Assembly: GCA_964389135.1 (NCBI GenBank)
Contig: CAYMDA010000012.1
Span: forward strand, 8,033-72,032
From: an uncultured Verrucomicrobiota bacterium
GTDB lineage: Bacteria > Verrucomicrobiota > Verrucomicrobiia > Limisphaerales > CAIMTB01
DNA length: 64,000 bases
Direction: 5' to 3'
Numbering within the stretch: position 1 is the first letter of the stretch; each line of letters opens with the position of its first letter. The notes under the pieces were generated by a model. The model made no database searches, had not been told where the DNA came from, and saw only the letters and a program-made list of their open reading frames with translations. Made by a program: the position numbers and the translations under genes. This document shows positions 26,674 through 37,700 of the stretch, one piece after another.

Positions 26674-27390
26674 ATGGAACCCGGACGGACCGACGCGGGA
26701 GGGATGCATCCCATGACCGAAAAGACCAAGGAACCCCAGTACCAGTTCCTGCTGGACCTCGAGAAGGAGGGGCTCGAGACGCTCGGCCTCATGAGCAGCC
26801 AGGTATGGCGCGAGGATCCGCGCCGGTTGCTGTTCGTGCTCTCCCGGTACAAGTTCGTCGCCAAGATGTGCGTCGGCCTCAGGCGCGTTCTCGAGGTCGG
26901 CTGCGCGGACGGCTTCGGCACCCGGATCGTGCGCCAGGAGGTGCCCGAGGTTGTCGCGGTGGATTTCGATCCGGTGTTCATCCGCCGCAATCTGGAACGG
27001 CCTCCCGGCTCATGGAACGTGGACTTCCGCGTGCACGACATGCTCGCGGGCCCGCTGCGCGAGGATTTTGACGCCGTGTACGCCGTGGACGTGATCGAGC
27101 ACATCCCCGCGGACCGGGAGCTGGAGTTCGTCGGCAACATGGTCGCGTCGCTGAAGCCGGAAGGGTTCGCGCTGCTCGGCACGCCCTCGCTCGAGTCGCA
27201 GGCGTACGCCTCCGCGCCGAGCCGGGAGGGACACGTCAACTGCAAGACCGCGAAGGACCTGCGCGCATTGATGGCGCGCTTCTTTCACAACGTGTTTGTG
27301 TTCTCCATGAACGACGAAGTCGTGCACACGGGCTATCCCGCGATGGCCCACTACCTCTGGGCGCTCGGCGCTCACCGGAAACCGGCGTGA
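26674..27390 (+). CDS. Class I SAM-dependent methyltransferase
   Basis: Motif I VLEVGCADGFGT, then FDAVYAVDVIEHI. Start is ATG 26674, with 26704 or 26713 as alternatives. Confidence 0.8.
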   Translation: MEPGRTDAGGMHPMTEKTKEPQYQFLLDLEKEGLETLGLMSSQVWREDPRRLLFVLSRYKFVAKMCVGLRRVLEVGCADGFGTRIVRQEVPEVVAVDFDPVFIRRNLERPPGSWNVDFRVHDMLAGPLREDFDAVYAVDVIEHIPADRELEFVGNMVASLKPEGFALLGTPSLESQAYASAPSREGHVNCKTAKDLRALMARFFHNVFVFSMNDEVVHTGYPAMAHYLWALGAHRKPA

Positions 27391-28262
27391 GCGATCAAGT
27401 GAACTCCGGTCTTCTCGTGGTGGGGGCCGACAGCGTCATCGGCCGCGCGCTGGTCGATCAGGCCCTCCGGGACGGGCTCGCGGTGACCGGAACGACGCGG
27501 CGCGGATCCTCCAGCGCGCGGGCGTCGGTCCGCCTCAACCTCCTTGACTCGCTCGAGAAGTGGGAGCCTCCCGAGGGCATCGGCTCGGCGATCCTCTGCG
27601 CGGGCGTGACGAGCCTCGAGGCCTGCCGTCGCGACCCGGTTGCCACCCGGCAGATCAACGTCACGCAGACCGTGCGCCTCGCCCGGCATCTCGCCGACGC
27701 CGGCGTCTTTGTCACGTTCCTCTCCACGAACCTCGTCTTCGACGGCGCCCGCCCGCACGAGGCGGCGGATGCCCCCACGGCACCGCGCACCGAGTATGGC
27801 CGGCAGAAGGTCGCCGTGGAGGAGGCGCTCGGGGAAGTCGCCGACGCCGGCCATGCGATCGTGCGCATGACGAAGGTCGTGCACCCGGAATGGCCGCTGC
27901 TCACCGCATGGGTGGATCAGCTTCGCGAGGGCGCCGAGGTGCGCGCGTTCCAGGACATGCCCTGCTCGCCGATCCCGCTGCCGATGGTCGTCCGGGGATT
28001 GATCCGCATCGCCCGCGACCGCCGGCCGGGGGTGTGGCAGTTCTCGGCGGACTCGGATGTCACCTACGCCGAGATCGCGCGTCACGTTGCCGCGCGGATG
28101 GGCCGCGAGGGGCTCGTCCGCGAGGTCTCCTACCGGAGCGCCGGTGACGTCGAACATGTACCGGCGCACACGACCCTCGACGCGGCACGCGCGCGGGAGG
28201 AACTCGGACTGACGTTTCCCCCGCCGCTCGCGGCGATCGATGCCGTGCTGCCGGCGGTTTGA
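27387..28262 (+). CDS. SDR-family NDP-sugar reductase (RmlD-like)
   Basis: LLVVGADSVIGRAL and catalytic YGRQK. About 290 aa, as for dTDP-4-dehydrorhamnose reductases. GTGA overlap with the upstream methyltransferase. Confidence 0.7.
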   Translation: MSDQVNSGLLVVGADSVIGRALVDQALRDGLAVTGTTRRGSSSARASVRLNLLDSLEKWEPPEGIGSAILCAGVTSLEACRRDPVATRQINVTQTVRLARHLADAGVFVTFLSTNLVFDGARPHEAADAPTAPRTEYGRQKVAVEEALGEVADAGHAIVRMTKVVHPEWPLLTAWVDQLREGAEVRAFQDMPCSPIPLPMVVRGLIRIARDRRPGVWQFSADSDVTYAEIARHVAARMGREGLVREVSYRSAGDVEHVPAHTTLDAARAREELGLTFPPPLAAIDAVLPAV

Positions 28263-28351
28263 GGCCCCCGCGCGGCGGGCGAGCCTCCCCCGCGGCTCCG
28301 CGGCCGGTCCCGCACCGGGAACGCGACGAACCGCCCCCGTGCAGACGCGGG

Positions 28352-29179
28352 TCAGGGCGGGAGAGCCGAGGTGTCGTCCGCCGGCAACGCCGAGGGGGGA
28401 TGCGTGAAGGCTGCCAGCGACGCGCGAATGCCGGTCTCGAGCGCGGCGACGCGCGTCTCGAGGATGAAATCGGACGGCGCCTCCAGCGTGTAGCTCAGGC
28501 GCGTCTTGTTTTGGATCAGGTAGAATGCCTCCGCCCAGTCCGTGCGCGACGCCGGGTCGGGATTCGGGCGGATGATGCCTCCGGCCGCCTCCCGGCCGTC
28601 GATCAGCGGGGATTCGTCGATCGGGCAGACGGACCGGACGGCTTCGACCATGACTTCCGCGAGCGAGGGCTGCCCGGCGGGATTCAGCTCGTACACGTAG
28701 AAGCCGGCCGCCTCCCAGTCCTCGTGGAGACAGAAGGCGATGTCGAACATGGGCTGGCGCTGGAGCCATTCCACATGAACGCGCGCCTCGGGAGTGCGGA
28801 GGTGATGGTAATCCCGGTTGAGATCGATGCCGTCACCCGTCTCCCTCGAATTGCGCCGAAATCCGGTCGGGTTGAGGCACGGGCAGCACCAGACCCATGC
28901 CGCCTCGGGAAAGGCGTTCTGCTCGAACAGCCGCCGGATCGCGAGCGGGCCCGCGGGTTCATCACCGTGAATCCCCGCGGAGAGATAAATCCGGGGCGCC
29001 CACGAACAATGGACCACGGGCGGGCGGTGAAGGGCCGGGAACTGGATGTGCCCGGCGGCGCGGAGGATTTCGACGTTCCATCCGAGCCGGCCGGCCGCCT
29101 CCACGATGTCACGCAGCACCTGATCGATCTCGATGGTGTCGCCGAAGTAGCCCCCGACATTACGGCCCAGCCGTGTCAT
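28352..29179 (-). CDS. M14-family zinc carboxypeptidase-like protein (MpaA/AstE-AspA-like)
   Basis: Zn motif SAGIHGDEPAG, NPTGF, DLNRDY, and a later H/E (CLHEDWE). Confidence 0.7.
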   Translation of the reverse strand: MTRLGRNVGGYFGDTIEIDQVLRDIVEAAGRLGWNVEILRAAGHIQFPALHRPPVVHCSWAPRIYLSAGIHGDEPAGPLAIRRLFEQNAFPEAAWVWCCPCLNPTGFRRNSRETGDGIDLNRDYHHLRTPEARVHVEWLQRQPMFDIAFCLHEDWEAAGFYVYELNPAGQPSLAEVMVEAVRSVCPIDESPLIDGREAAGGIIRPNPDPASRTDWAEAFYLIQNKTRLSYTLEAPSDFILETRVAALETGIRASLAAFTHPPSALPADDTSALPP

Positions 29180-29340
29180 GCCCCGAATGCTAACGTCGGA
29201 TCACCGCGGGCTGGAAGCGGCGACGGGCCGTCCCGTCCTTCAGGGAAGCCGGGCGCGATCCCGCGGGTGGCGGCATGGAGCCTCCCGAAGCGGGTCTTGC
29301 GTGACGGGTTCCGCGCCGGAGAGGGTTCGCGCCGCGCGCG

Positions 29341-30729
29341 ATGCTGTTTCACACGACCGAGTTTCTGCTGTTCCTGGTCGCGTTCACGCTGGCGTACGCG
29401 CTCGTTCGGGAGCGGCTGCGCTGGCGGAACCTGCTCGTCGTGGCGGCGAGCCATGTGTTCTACGGCTGGTGGGACTGGCGCTTCCTCGGCCTGCTTCTCT
29501 TCTCGAGCTGGCTGGATTACCGGGCCGGGATCGGCATGGCGCGGGCCCGTCACGAGGCCGGGCGGCGGCGCTGGCTCGTGGTCAGCGTCGCGGGCAACCT
29601 CGGCGTGCTCTGCTTCTTCAAGTACTTCGGGTTCTTCATGGAATCCTTCCACGCGCTGCTCGGCCGGCTGGGGGTGAGCGAGCCGTCGTGGACGTGGAAC
29701 ATCATCCTGCCGGTCGGGATATCGTTCTACACGTTCCAGACCCTCAGCTACTCGATCGACGTGTATCGCCGCCGGATCGAACCGACACACGACTGGACGG
29801 CGTTCTTCGCGTACGTGGCGTTCTTTCCCCAGCTCGTCGCGGGACCGATCGAGCGCGGATCCCACCTTCTGCCGCAGTTTCTCACGACCCGCAGGATTCG
29901 GGCCGAGGACCTCGAGGAAGGCGCATGGCTCGTGACGTGGGGCTTCTTCAAGAAGGTGGTGGTGGCGGATCAGCTCGCGCCCTTCGCGGACCTCGCGTTC
30001 GGGGACGGGCCACGGGTTGCCGCGGTGGTCCTGCTCGGCGTGCTCGCGTTCGCGGGGCAGATCTACGGGGATTTCTCCGGCTACTCCGACATCGCGCGGG
30101 GACTCGCCCGATGGTTCGGCTTCGATCTCATGCAGAACTTCAACCTGCCGTACACGGCGGGAAGCGTGCGCGAGTTCTGGCAGCGATGGCACATCAGCCT
30201 GTCCACATGGCTGCGGGATTATCTCTACATCCCGATGGGCGGGAGCCGGTCCGGTGAGTGGCGCACCCGGCGGAACCTGATGATCACCATGGTTCTCGGG
30301 GGACTGTGGCATGGCGCGGCATGGACGTTCGTGCTGTGGGGCGCATGGCACGGGATCGCACTCGCCGTGCACCGGGCGTGGTCGTCGCGCGCGCGCCTGC
30401 CGCGGTGGGCCGGCTGGATCCTCACGATGCTCGTCGTCGGCTACGGATGGATGCTCTTCCGGGCGGAAAGCCTTGCGGACCTGGCCGCGCTGCATGCCGC
30501 GCTGCTGGACTGGAGCGCGCCCGGCTGGATCGGCGGCTTCGCCCTCGGCGTCGCGGCAAGATGGATGCCGCTCATCCTTGTCCAGGCATGGCAACTGCGG
30601 AAGGGCGACCTGCTCGCACCGATGCGCGCGCACTGGGCGGTCCGCGCGCCCCTCATGGGCCTGTTCCTTGTCGCCATCGCGGCGTACTGGCAGCAGGACC
30701 GCACGCCGTTCATCTATTTTCAGTTCTGA
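29341..30729 (+). CDS. MBOAT-family O-acyltransferase (AlgI/DltB-like)
   Basis: Multi-TM protein. [43 protein letters not shown], and conserved His in GGLWHGAAW. Confidence 0.9.
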   Translation: MLFHTTEFLLFLVAFTLAYALVRERLRWRNLLVVAASHVFYGWWDWRFLGLLLFSSWLDYRAGIGMARARHEAGRRRWLVVSVAGNLGVLCFFKYFGFFMESFHALLGRLGVSEPSWTWNIILPVGISFYTFQTLSYSIDVYRRRIEPTHDWTAFFAYVAFFPQLVAGPIERGSHLLPQFLTTRRIRAEDLEEGAWLVTWGFFKKVVVADQLAPFADLAFGDGPRVAAVVLLGVLAFAGQIYGDFSGYSDIARGLARWFGFDLMQNFNLPYTAGSVREFWQRWHISLSTWLRDYLYIPMGGSRSGEWRTRRNLMITMVLGGLWHGAAWTFVLWGAWHGIALAVHRAWSSRARLPRWAGWILTMLVVGYGWMLFRAESLADLAALHAALLDWSAPGWIGGFALGVAARWMPLILVQAWQLRKGDLLAPMRAHWAVRAPLMGLFLVAIAAYWQQDRTPFIYFQF

Positions 30730-30731
30730 GC

Positions 30732-31730
30732 ATGGAAGCGCGCAGCCATGTGTGCGAGTTCAAGGCCGCCGACGTCCTTCGGAACACGGCGTCGCTCGCG
30801 GGCGGCGTCATCGTGATCACGCTGCTGCTCCACGTGCTCGCGGCGTCCGGCTGGCTGCCGGCACCGGCGCCCGCCGACCTGGAACGCACCATCCTGAGAA
30901 CCAAGGCGCGGCTCGCGATGTCGGGCGGCGCGGCGGACATTCTCCTCGCCGGGGATTCGTCCTGCATGATGGATGCCGACGCCGTCGCGCTCGGCGAGCA
31001 GCTCGGGAAGTCCGTCCTGAACCTCGGCACGCTGAGCTTTCTCGGCGTCGATTCGCACGCCGCCCTGGTGAAGGCGCACGCGCGGGCGCATCCGGCCTCG
31101 AACGTCACGGTGGTGCTGCTGATGCATCCAGACGCGCTGCGGCGTCCATCCGGCGTGGCCCGGCACGAAGACTACCTCCGCGCGCTTCTGGAGGGACGGA
31201 TGGAGGACGCGTGGACCGCTCCGTGGCTGCGCGTGCTGGGCGGCGGAATCCTGAAGGAGCGCGTTCTGCAGTCGTGGATCCCCGTGATGATGCCGGGTGC
31301 GTTCGGGGCGAGATACGGGGATCAGTTCTCCATCGCGCGGAGCCTTCGAATGCAGAGGGGCAGCCTCCAGGATCCCGGCCGGTTCGATCCGGCCGTCGAG
31401 GCGGGAAGCCGGGAGGTCCGGCTGGCCGGAACGCTGGAGGGCGCGGCGCGGCGTTTTCGTGCCTCGCTGCCCGGATCGGCGCGTCTGGTGGCGGGAATCA
31501 CGCCGGTGCCCGGGTCGCTGGCGGCATCAGACCACGTCGAGCGCACGCGGGCGCTGCTCCGGGAGTGGGGGGAATGGCTCGGCGCGGACGCGACGCTGGA
31601 CGAGCTGCCGATGGTGTGGCCCGACGATCGGTTCGCCAGCCGCGCGCACCTGAATCCCGACGGCGCGCGGGAGTGGACACGGGCGCTCGCGCGGGCGCTG
31701 GCGAGTCACGGCCCGCGCCCCGCCCGTTGA
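30732..31730 (+). CDS. Membrane-anchored partner of the MBOAT, GDS-motif (SGNH/AlgJ/DltD-like) protein
   Basis: Starts 2 nt after the MBOAT stop. N-terminal TM ([16 protein letters not shown]). [12 protein letters not shown] resembles SGNH block I. The rest has no motif I can name. Confidence 0.55.
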   Translation: MEARSHVCEFKAADVLRNTASLAGGVIVITLLLHVLAASGWLPAPAPADLERTILRTKARLAMSGGAADILLAGDSSCMMDADAVALGEQLGKSVLNLGTLSFLGVDSHAALVKAHARAHPASNVTVVLLMHPDALRRPSGVARHEDYLRALLEGRMEDAWTAPWLRVLGGGILKERVLQSWIPVMMPGAFGARYGDQFSIARSLRMQRGSLQDPGRFDPAVEAGSREVRLAGTLEGAARRFRASLPGSARLVAGITPVPGSLAASDHVERTRALLREWGEWLGADATLDELPMVWPDDRFASRAHLNPDGAREWTRALARALASHGPRPAR

Positions 31731-31918
31731 GTAACGGCATTCCATCCCGTGTCCCGGCGGCCCATCCGGCGCGACCCGACGCCGGGAATGCCGGAAACGA
31801 CGGTCTCCGGCGGGAGGATTCGCGCTTGAGCCCGGGCGCGAGGAGGGCGCATATCCCTTTCGTGAGGGAGGAAGCACGAAGGCCACTGGCCAGAGACCCT
31901 CAGTGCGCACGGGGTGTC

Positions 31919-32569
31919 GTGGAGGGCCGGCGTTCGAATCGGGCGTTCACGCTGATCGAGCTGCTGGTCGTCATTGCGATCATCGCGATCCTTGCGAGTC
32001 TTCTGCTGCCGGCGCTCGCCAGGGCGAAGGAGAAGGGCAGGGCGACGGTGTGCCTGAACAACCTGAGGCAGACCGGAGTCGCCGCCCTGATGTATGCGGA
32101 AGACAACGGCGGGCACATTCCGATCGACGCGCCCCTTCTCAAGGGAGTCACCTGGGGCAGCATGCTGGCGTCCAACGCCGCGGTCCGGCCGTTTGATCTC
32201 TTCGTCTGCCCGAGCTACAGGCCCTTTCGGTTCACGAACTGGCTCACGATCTACGGCGTCCGCCTGGATCCGCCGGCCTCGGTCACGCGGGGCGCCTTCC
32301 GCGAGAACCTGATCGTGGACGCGGTCGAGCATCCCGCGGAGTACCTTCACATCGCGGACACAACGAGCCGGGGGAGGGAGGGCTTCGGTGCGCAGCAGTT
32401 CTATTTCTTTCGCGCGGAGAGCGAGAAGGAGGTGCACGGACGTCATGGCCGCGTGGCGAACGGCTTCCTGCTGGACGGCCACGTGGAGGGATTGAACGCG
32501 CACCGGCTCGAGCGCCTCGGGATCATCGGCTTGTTCGAGCAGGACACCGTGCCCGGCTATTTCCCCTGA
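31919..32569 (+). CDS. Prepilin-type N-terminal cleavage/methylation domain protein with H-X9-DG motif (DUF1559-like pseudopilin)
   Basis: [32 protein letters not shown] after a short basic leader. H-X9-DG is [12 protein letters not shown] at 32444-32479. There is no in-frame ATG, so GTG 31919 gives a 9-aa leader and GTG 31862 is an alternative. Confidence 0.8.
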   Translation: MEGRRSNRAFTLIELLVVIAIIAILASLLLPALARAKEKGRATVCLNNLRQTGVAALMYAEDNGGHIPIDAPLLKGVTWGSMLASNAAVRPFDLFVCPSYRPFRFTNWLTIYGVRLDPPASVTRGAFRENLIVDAVEHPAEYLHIADTTSRGREGFGAQQFYFFRAESEKEVHGRHGRVANGFLLDGHVEGLNAHRLERLGIIGLFEQDTVPGYFP

Positions 32570-32582
32570 GGACGCCCGTGCG

Positions 32583-33311
32583 ATGATGGAGTCACCACGG
32601 CAGGTGCGAGGTCGCCGTCTTCCCGGCGCGTACGCATGGGCGTTTCCGCTGATGCTCCTGATCCTCGGGATCACCGGCTGCGGTTCTCCCGCGGAGGACC
32701 ACGCGCTTGCGCGGCGTGAGCTCGCTCTGGAACGGCTCGGGCGAGAGATTGCCCGCCGCGTGCCCGGCGCCCGCGTGCTGGTGGTCGGGAATCCGTTTGT
32801 CGGGGCGCCGGGCGCCGGGAGGGCGATCCGCGACGCGGAGGAGGCCGCCGTGCGCGGCCTGCGAAGAGGGCTGGAGGGCGGAGGCGAGATCGTCGCCGTG
32901 TCGCACCCGCGTTTGCGCGACGGCGCGCTCGAGGACCCCCGCCGGTTCCCGATGCCCCCTGGAGCGACAACCCCGCTGAGCTATCTCACCGAACCCGGCG
33001 CCTGGGACGAACTGCGGCGGGAACATCCGCAGGCCAACGTGTGGGTGAGCCTGATCGGCCTGCCGGTGGACCTCGCCTCGACCGAGGCGTGGAATGCGGA
33101 GGACGGCCCGAAATGGGCGCTGTTTCTCCCGGATCTTCGAATCGTGGGCGGGCCGGAGGAAGTGCGGGCCGCCTTCGGGCGGCAGATCCTCGCCGCGGTC
33201 ATTCCGGCGCGCGGCGCGCCTCCCGATTCCGAACCGCTGCTCCCGAATCGGGAGGCGGAGTTCCAGCGCGGCTACGAGTTGCTGACCGCGCCCGGCGAGA
33301 TGGCGGAATGA
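32583..33311 (+). CDS. Hypothetical lipoprotein
   Basis: Signal peptide plus lipobox LLILGITGC. No other motif recognised. Confidence 0.6.
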   Translation: MMESPRQVRGRRLPGAYAWAFPLMLLILGITGCGSPAEDHALARRELALERLGREIARRVPGARVLVVGNPFVGAPGAGRAIRDAEEAAVRGLRRGLEGGGEIVAVSHPRLRDGALEDPRRFPMPPGATTPLSYLTEPGAWDELRREHPQANVWVSLIGLPVDLASTEAWNAEDGPKWALFLPDLRIVGGPEEVRAAFGRQILAAVIPARGAPPDSEPLLPNREAEFQRGYELLTAPGEMAE

Positions 33312-33342
33312 GGCGGCGAGCCCTCTCCGGCAACCGGACGGC

Positions 33343-34527
33343 TCATTCCAGCATCCGCACCCGAAAGAAGACCGCCGGGTGCGTGCAGCAATCCTGGACG
33401 ACGGTCTCGAGCGCGGTCGTCGGCTCGGTGACGGTTTCCCACTCCCCGGCATCGAGGGACGTGCTGCGCTCGACCACATACTGGTGAACCGGCTGCTCCA
33501 CATCGTCCCCCTCGTTGCGGAGCAGCGCCCGGGGGCCGTGCCAGCGGATGCGAAGGGCGCCGTCCGCCATCGGGGACATCTCGATGATCCGCGGGCGCGG
33601 GCGGAACCCGATGACGCCGCGGAGGGGGAGGTTGAGCTGTCCGTTGGGCGTCCAGTTGTCGGAAGTCCATGCGCTGAACTGGTTGTCGCCGCTTGCCCAG
33701 CTCGAGCGATACCGCACGTACTGGCCGCCGGCGTCATCGATGACGTAGCCGTAGGCCAGCAGCGCGTGGATGGGCGGGTTCAATCCGGGGCGGCCGTGCA
33801 GCGTCCGCGATTTCTGATCGAACGGCTGCATGAACAGCAGAACCGGGAAACCCGCGTCGATCTCCGCCTTGAGATCCTCAAAGGTGAAACCCTTGCCGGG
33901 TTCGACGTCGGGATGGAAATCCGCGAGCTGCGAGAAGGTGTCCGCCTCGTAGCCTCGGAAGCGCGCCCAGGCGCGCAGGCCGGACTGGATGTCGCGGACG
34001 CCCGCCGGAGGGGTGAAGTTTTCGAGCCGTTCGCCCGCGGGATCGAAGAAGTTGTAGGAGTAGCCGTCGACGTTGCCCTCGCATTCGCCGCCGAGGTCAT
34101 TCCACTTGAACTGGTTGAGACCGATGAAGTCCCCGATGCAGTCGGGGGTGTGCTCTTCGCGGCCGGCGACCACGTAGGGATCGGGGGCAACGCTCTCGTA
34201 CGCGAACCAGTAGTCGTCCACGTGGCCGGGCATGTTCTCGGGGCGGCCGTCCCAGCCGGCGCGTGATGCCCACATGGAGACGATCCCGCGGTTGTCGCCG
34301 AAGCTGTTGAGGGGCGCGACGCCGCCGCCGGTCGGGCCGGTGTAGAAATCGGGCAGCCCGTTGCGATCCCAGAACCCCATGAGATTGCCCGTGGCCGTAC
34401 CGAAACAGCCGTAGTGCCACTCATAATCGGGAACCTCCTTGAGATAAACGTTCACCGCAGCGGGGGATGACAGGACCGCCAGCGAGACGGACAGGAGAAC
34501 GGAACGGAGAACGCGGGGCGAATGCAT
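33343..34527 (-). CDS. Secreted peptidase C39-like/papain-fold protein with C-terminal FFRV module
   Basis: Signal peptide MHSPRVLRSVLLSVSLAVLSSPAA. YEWHYGCFGTATGNLMGFW resembles a Cys-nucleophile motif, and a later His sits in PPIHALLAYGY. The functional call is tentative. Confidence 0.55.
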   Translation of the reverse strand: MHSPRVLRSVLLSVSLAVLSSPAAVNVYLKEVPDYEWHYGCFGTATGNLMGFWDRNGLPDFYTGPTGGGVAPLNSFGDNRGIVSMWASRAGWDGRPENMPGHVDDYWFAYESVAPDPYVVAGREEHTPDCIGDFIGLNQFKWNDLGGECEGNVDGYSYNFFDPAGERLENFTPPAGVRDIQSGLRAWARFRGYEADTFSQLADFHPDVEPGKGFTFEDLKAEIDAGFPVLLFMQPFDQKSRTLHGRPGLNPPIHALLAYGYVIDDAGGQYVRYRSSWASGDNQFSAWTSDNWTPNGQLNLPLRGVIGFRPRPRIIEMSPMADGALRIRWHGPRALLRNEGDDVEQPVHQYVVERSTSLDAGEWETVTEPTTALETVVQDCCTHPAVFFRVRMLE

Positions 34528-34748
34528 GGGCGATTCGGGTGCTTCGGTTTGGGGTTCGCCTTTCACGAACCGGAGAGGCCGCCGTCGGCGGGTGTCGCAG
34601 GTCCGCGGGCGTTCATCGCGTGCGGGGATCCCCAGGGCTCGGCAACGTTTGAGATTGTAGCGCGACCGGCCGGTGTTACTCTCCGGGAAAGCCGGTGAAG
34701 ACCGGTTCGTGCGTAACGAGTCCGGCGCCGGCGAACCCCCGTTTATCT

Positions 34749-37700
34749 ATGACAGGTTCAGTCGAGCTGCCCATCGCGGTGGCGGACCGTAGCAAGGCCT
34801 CTTCTTCGAAGCAAACGCACGCGCGCCCGAAGTATCCGGGAATTCGGGTGACCTGTAACGGGAATCAGCTTGTCGCCCAGTGGGTTGAGGCTCGAATCAC
34901 CGAGGGCGGCGTTTTTTACCCGATCACCCCGTCGACGGAGGGTGGGGAGCTGTACCAGCAGTCCTATGCCCAGGGCGAACTGAACGTGTGGGGGCATCCC
35001 AAGGTGGCGATCGAGGCGGAGGGCGAGCATGCCGCGCAGGGCGGCGCGACCGCGTACGCCGTCACCGGGCGGCGGACGGTCAACTTCACGTCGGGCCAGG
35101 GGATCGTGTACGCGATGGAGCAGTACTACCACGCTCCCGGCAAGCTCTCGACCATGGTGCTCGAGGTCGGCGCCCGCGCCCTGACGAAGCACGCCCTGAA
35201 CGTGCACTGCGGCCACGACGACTTCTACGCGGCGCTCGACACGGGCTGGACGATGCTCATGGCCCGCGACGCCCAGCAGGCGGCCGACCAGGCCATCATC
35301 CTGCGCAAGGTCAACGAGCTGTCGCTCAACCCGGGAATGAACATCCAGGACGGGATGCTCACGACCCATTCCGAGCGCACGTACCTCGCGCCGGAGGCGG
35401 ATCTCCTTCGCGAGTTCCTCGGCGCGCCGGATGATCTGATCGACTGCCCCACCCCCGCGCAGCGGGAGCTCTTCGGACCGCGCCGCCGGCGGGTTCCGCA
35501 GATGATCGACCCGCGCAACCCGATCCTCCTCGGCCCGGTCCAGAACCAGGAGCACCACATGAACGGCGTGGTGGCGCGCCGGAACAATTTCAACGAGCCC
35601 ATCCTCGGCATGCTCGAGCATGCCTACGCGGAGTTCGGCCGGCTCACGGGGCGGCACTACGGCCTCATCAGCGAGCATCGCACCGAGGACGCGGACACGG
35701 TCTTCGTCTCCCTCGGAAGCGCCGCGGAGAACATCGAGGCGGCATGCGACTACCTCCGGGAACAGCGCAACGCGCGCGTCGGCTCCATCCACATCAACGT
35801 AATCCGCCCGTTCCCCGAGGCCGCCGTGGTCCAGGCCCTCCGCGGAAAGAAGCAGGTGATCATCCTCGAGCGCACCGACGAAGGCATGGCCGGCGAGAAC
35901 CCGCTCGCGCGTGACATCCGTGTCGCCCTTGGCAAGGCGCAGGAGGCCGCGCGCCACGGCGGCACCCTCCCGCCCCTCGAGCCCGGGGAGACTCCGCGCC
36001 TGTTCCGCGGCTGCTACGGCATCGGTTCGAGGGATTTCCGCCCGGAACACATCCTCGGCGCCTACGAGTTCGCCACGGGCCAGACCCGGCGGAAGGACGG
36101 CCGCGGGGCGGCCGACGGCGAGACCTACTTCGTCCTCGGTGTCGATCATCCCTACAGCGTGATCAGCCGGGACACGCCCTCGCTGCTGCCCGAGGGCGCG
36201 ATCGCGGTCCGGTTCCATTCGATCGGCGGATGGGGAATGATCACGACCGGGAAGAACCTCGGCTCGATCATCGGCGATCTCGGCAAGTTCATTTCCGAGC
36301 GCGACCCGACTTACGACGAGGAAGGCCTCCTGCGCGATCGCCTCCACGTGATGGCGAACCCGAAGTACGGCTCCGAGAAGAAGGGAGCGCCGACCAACTA
36401 CTATCTTGTCGTGGCGCCGGAGCGGATCCGGGTGAACTGCGAGCTGAACCATGTGGACGTTGTGCTGTGCTGCGATCCCAAGGCGTTCACGCACACCAAT
36501 CCGCTGGAGGGCATGAAGAAGGGCGGCTGCCTGGTGTGGGAATCGAGCGAGACCCCGGAGACCGCATGGCAGCGCATCCCGGCGGCTCACCGGAAGTTCA
36601 TCCGGGAGAACGGCATCCGGGTATTCATCCTGCCGGGATTCGAGATCGCGCGTCACGCGACCTCGCGGCCGGACCTGCAGCTGCGGATGCAGGGCAATTC
36701 GTTTCTCGGCGCGTTCTTCCGCGTCAGTTCGTTCCTCGCCGACTACCGGATCAGCGAGGAGCAGTTCACGTCGGTCGTGCGGAAGCAGTACGAGAAGAAG
36801 TTCGGCCGGTTCGGCGAGGCGGTCGTCGCATCGAACATGACCGTCATGACGGAGGGCTTCTCGCGGGTGCGCGAGATTCGCTACGGGGAGATCGAGGAGC
36901 CGGATCGTTCCTCGATGCGCAATCCGCCGCTGCGGCCCATCGGGGATCACCCGCTCCCGCCGACGGCGGGCTGCGGTTCCGCGACGCCGGGCATCCCCGC
37001 CCCCGCGGGGCAGACACGCGCCCCGTTCCAGACGGTGGCGAAGTTCGACAGCGAATTCCGGGCGGGCTACGGCTATCACCAGCCGGCGAGCGCCCTGGCA
37101 TCCCTCGGGGTGATGGGCGCGGCGACGGGCGCGACGCAGTCCAAGTACGTCGCCCGCCGCGAGACCCCGGTGTACATCCCGGAGAACTGCACCCAGTGCA
37201 TGGAGTGCATTTCGGCGTGCCCCGACACCGCCCTCCCCAACACGGCCCAGGAGATCGGCACGGTGCTGCGCACGGCCGCCATCCATTACGTGCGCGAACC
37301 GGCGGAACGCCGGAAACTCGTCGACGAGCTCAAGGGACTCGAGGAGCGGGCGCGCGCGCGGATGGTCGATGCCGTCAAGAAGCGCGAGAAGCTTCCCTTC
37401 AAGGACATCATCCGCGACGAGGTCGGCCGGCTCACGCACATGTCCGAGACGGCCCGCGCCCAGTTCATGGGCATCCTCGAGCAGCTCCCGCTCGCCTACT
37501 CGAACGTTCCGGCGATCTTCCGCTCGCCCGAGCAGAAGTCGCCGGGATCGGGGGGGCTCTTCTCGATCTTCGTGAGCGACCTGTGCAAGGGGTGCGGGGA
37601 ATGCGTCCAGGTCTGCGGCGACCACGACGCCCTTCGCATGACGCGCGAGACGGAGGAACTCAACGCGCAGCTCACGACGGCGCAGATCTTCTCGCGGCTG

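Noticed and set aside
30311-31861. N-terminal about 520 aa of the 752-aa ORF 30311-32569, and ORF 30258-30731 upstream of the MBOAT partner
   Set aside because: These parts overlap the MBOAT and its partner in other frames and are R/G/A-rich. Only the last about 217 aa (the prepilin-type protein from 31919) show real motifs.
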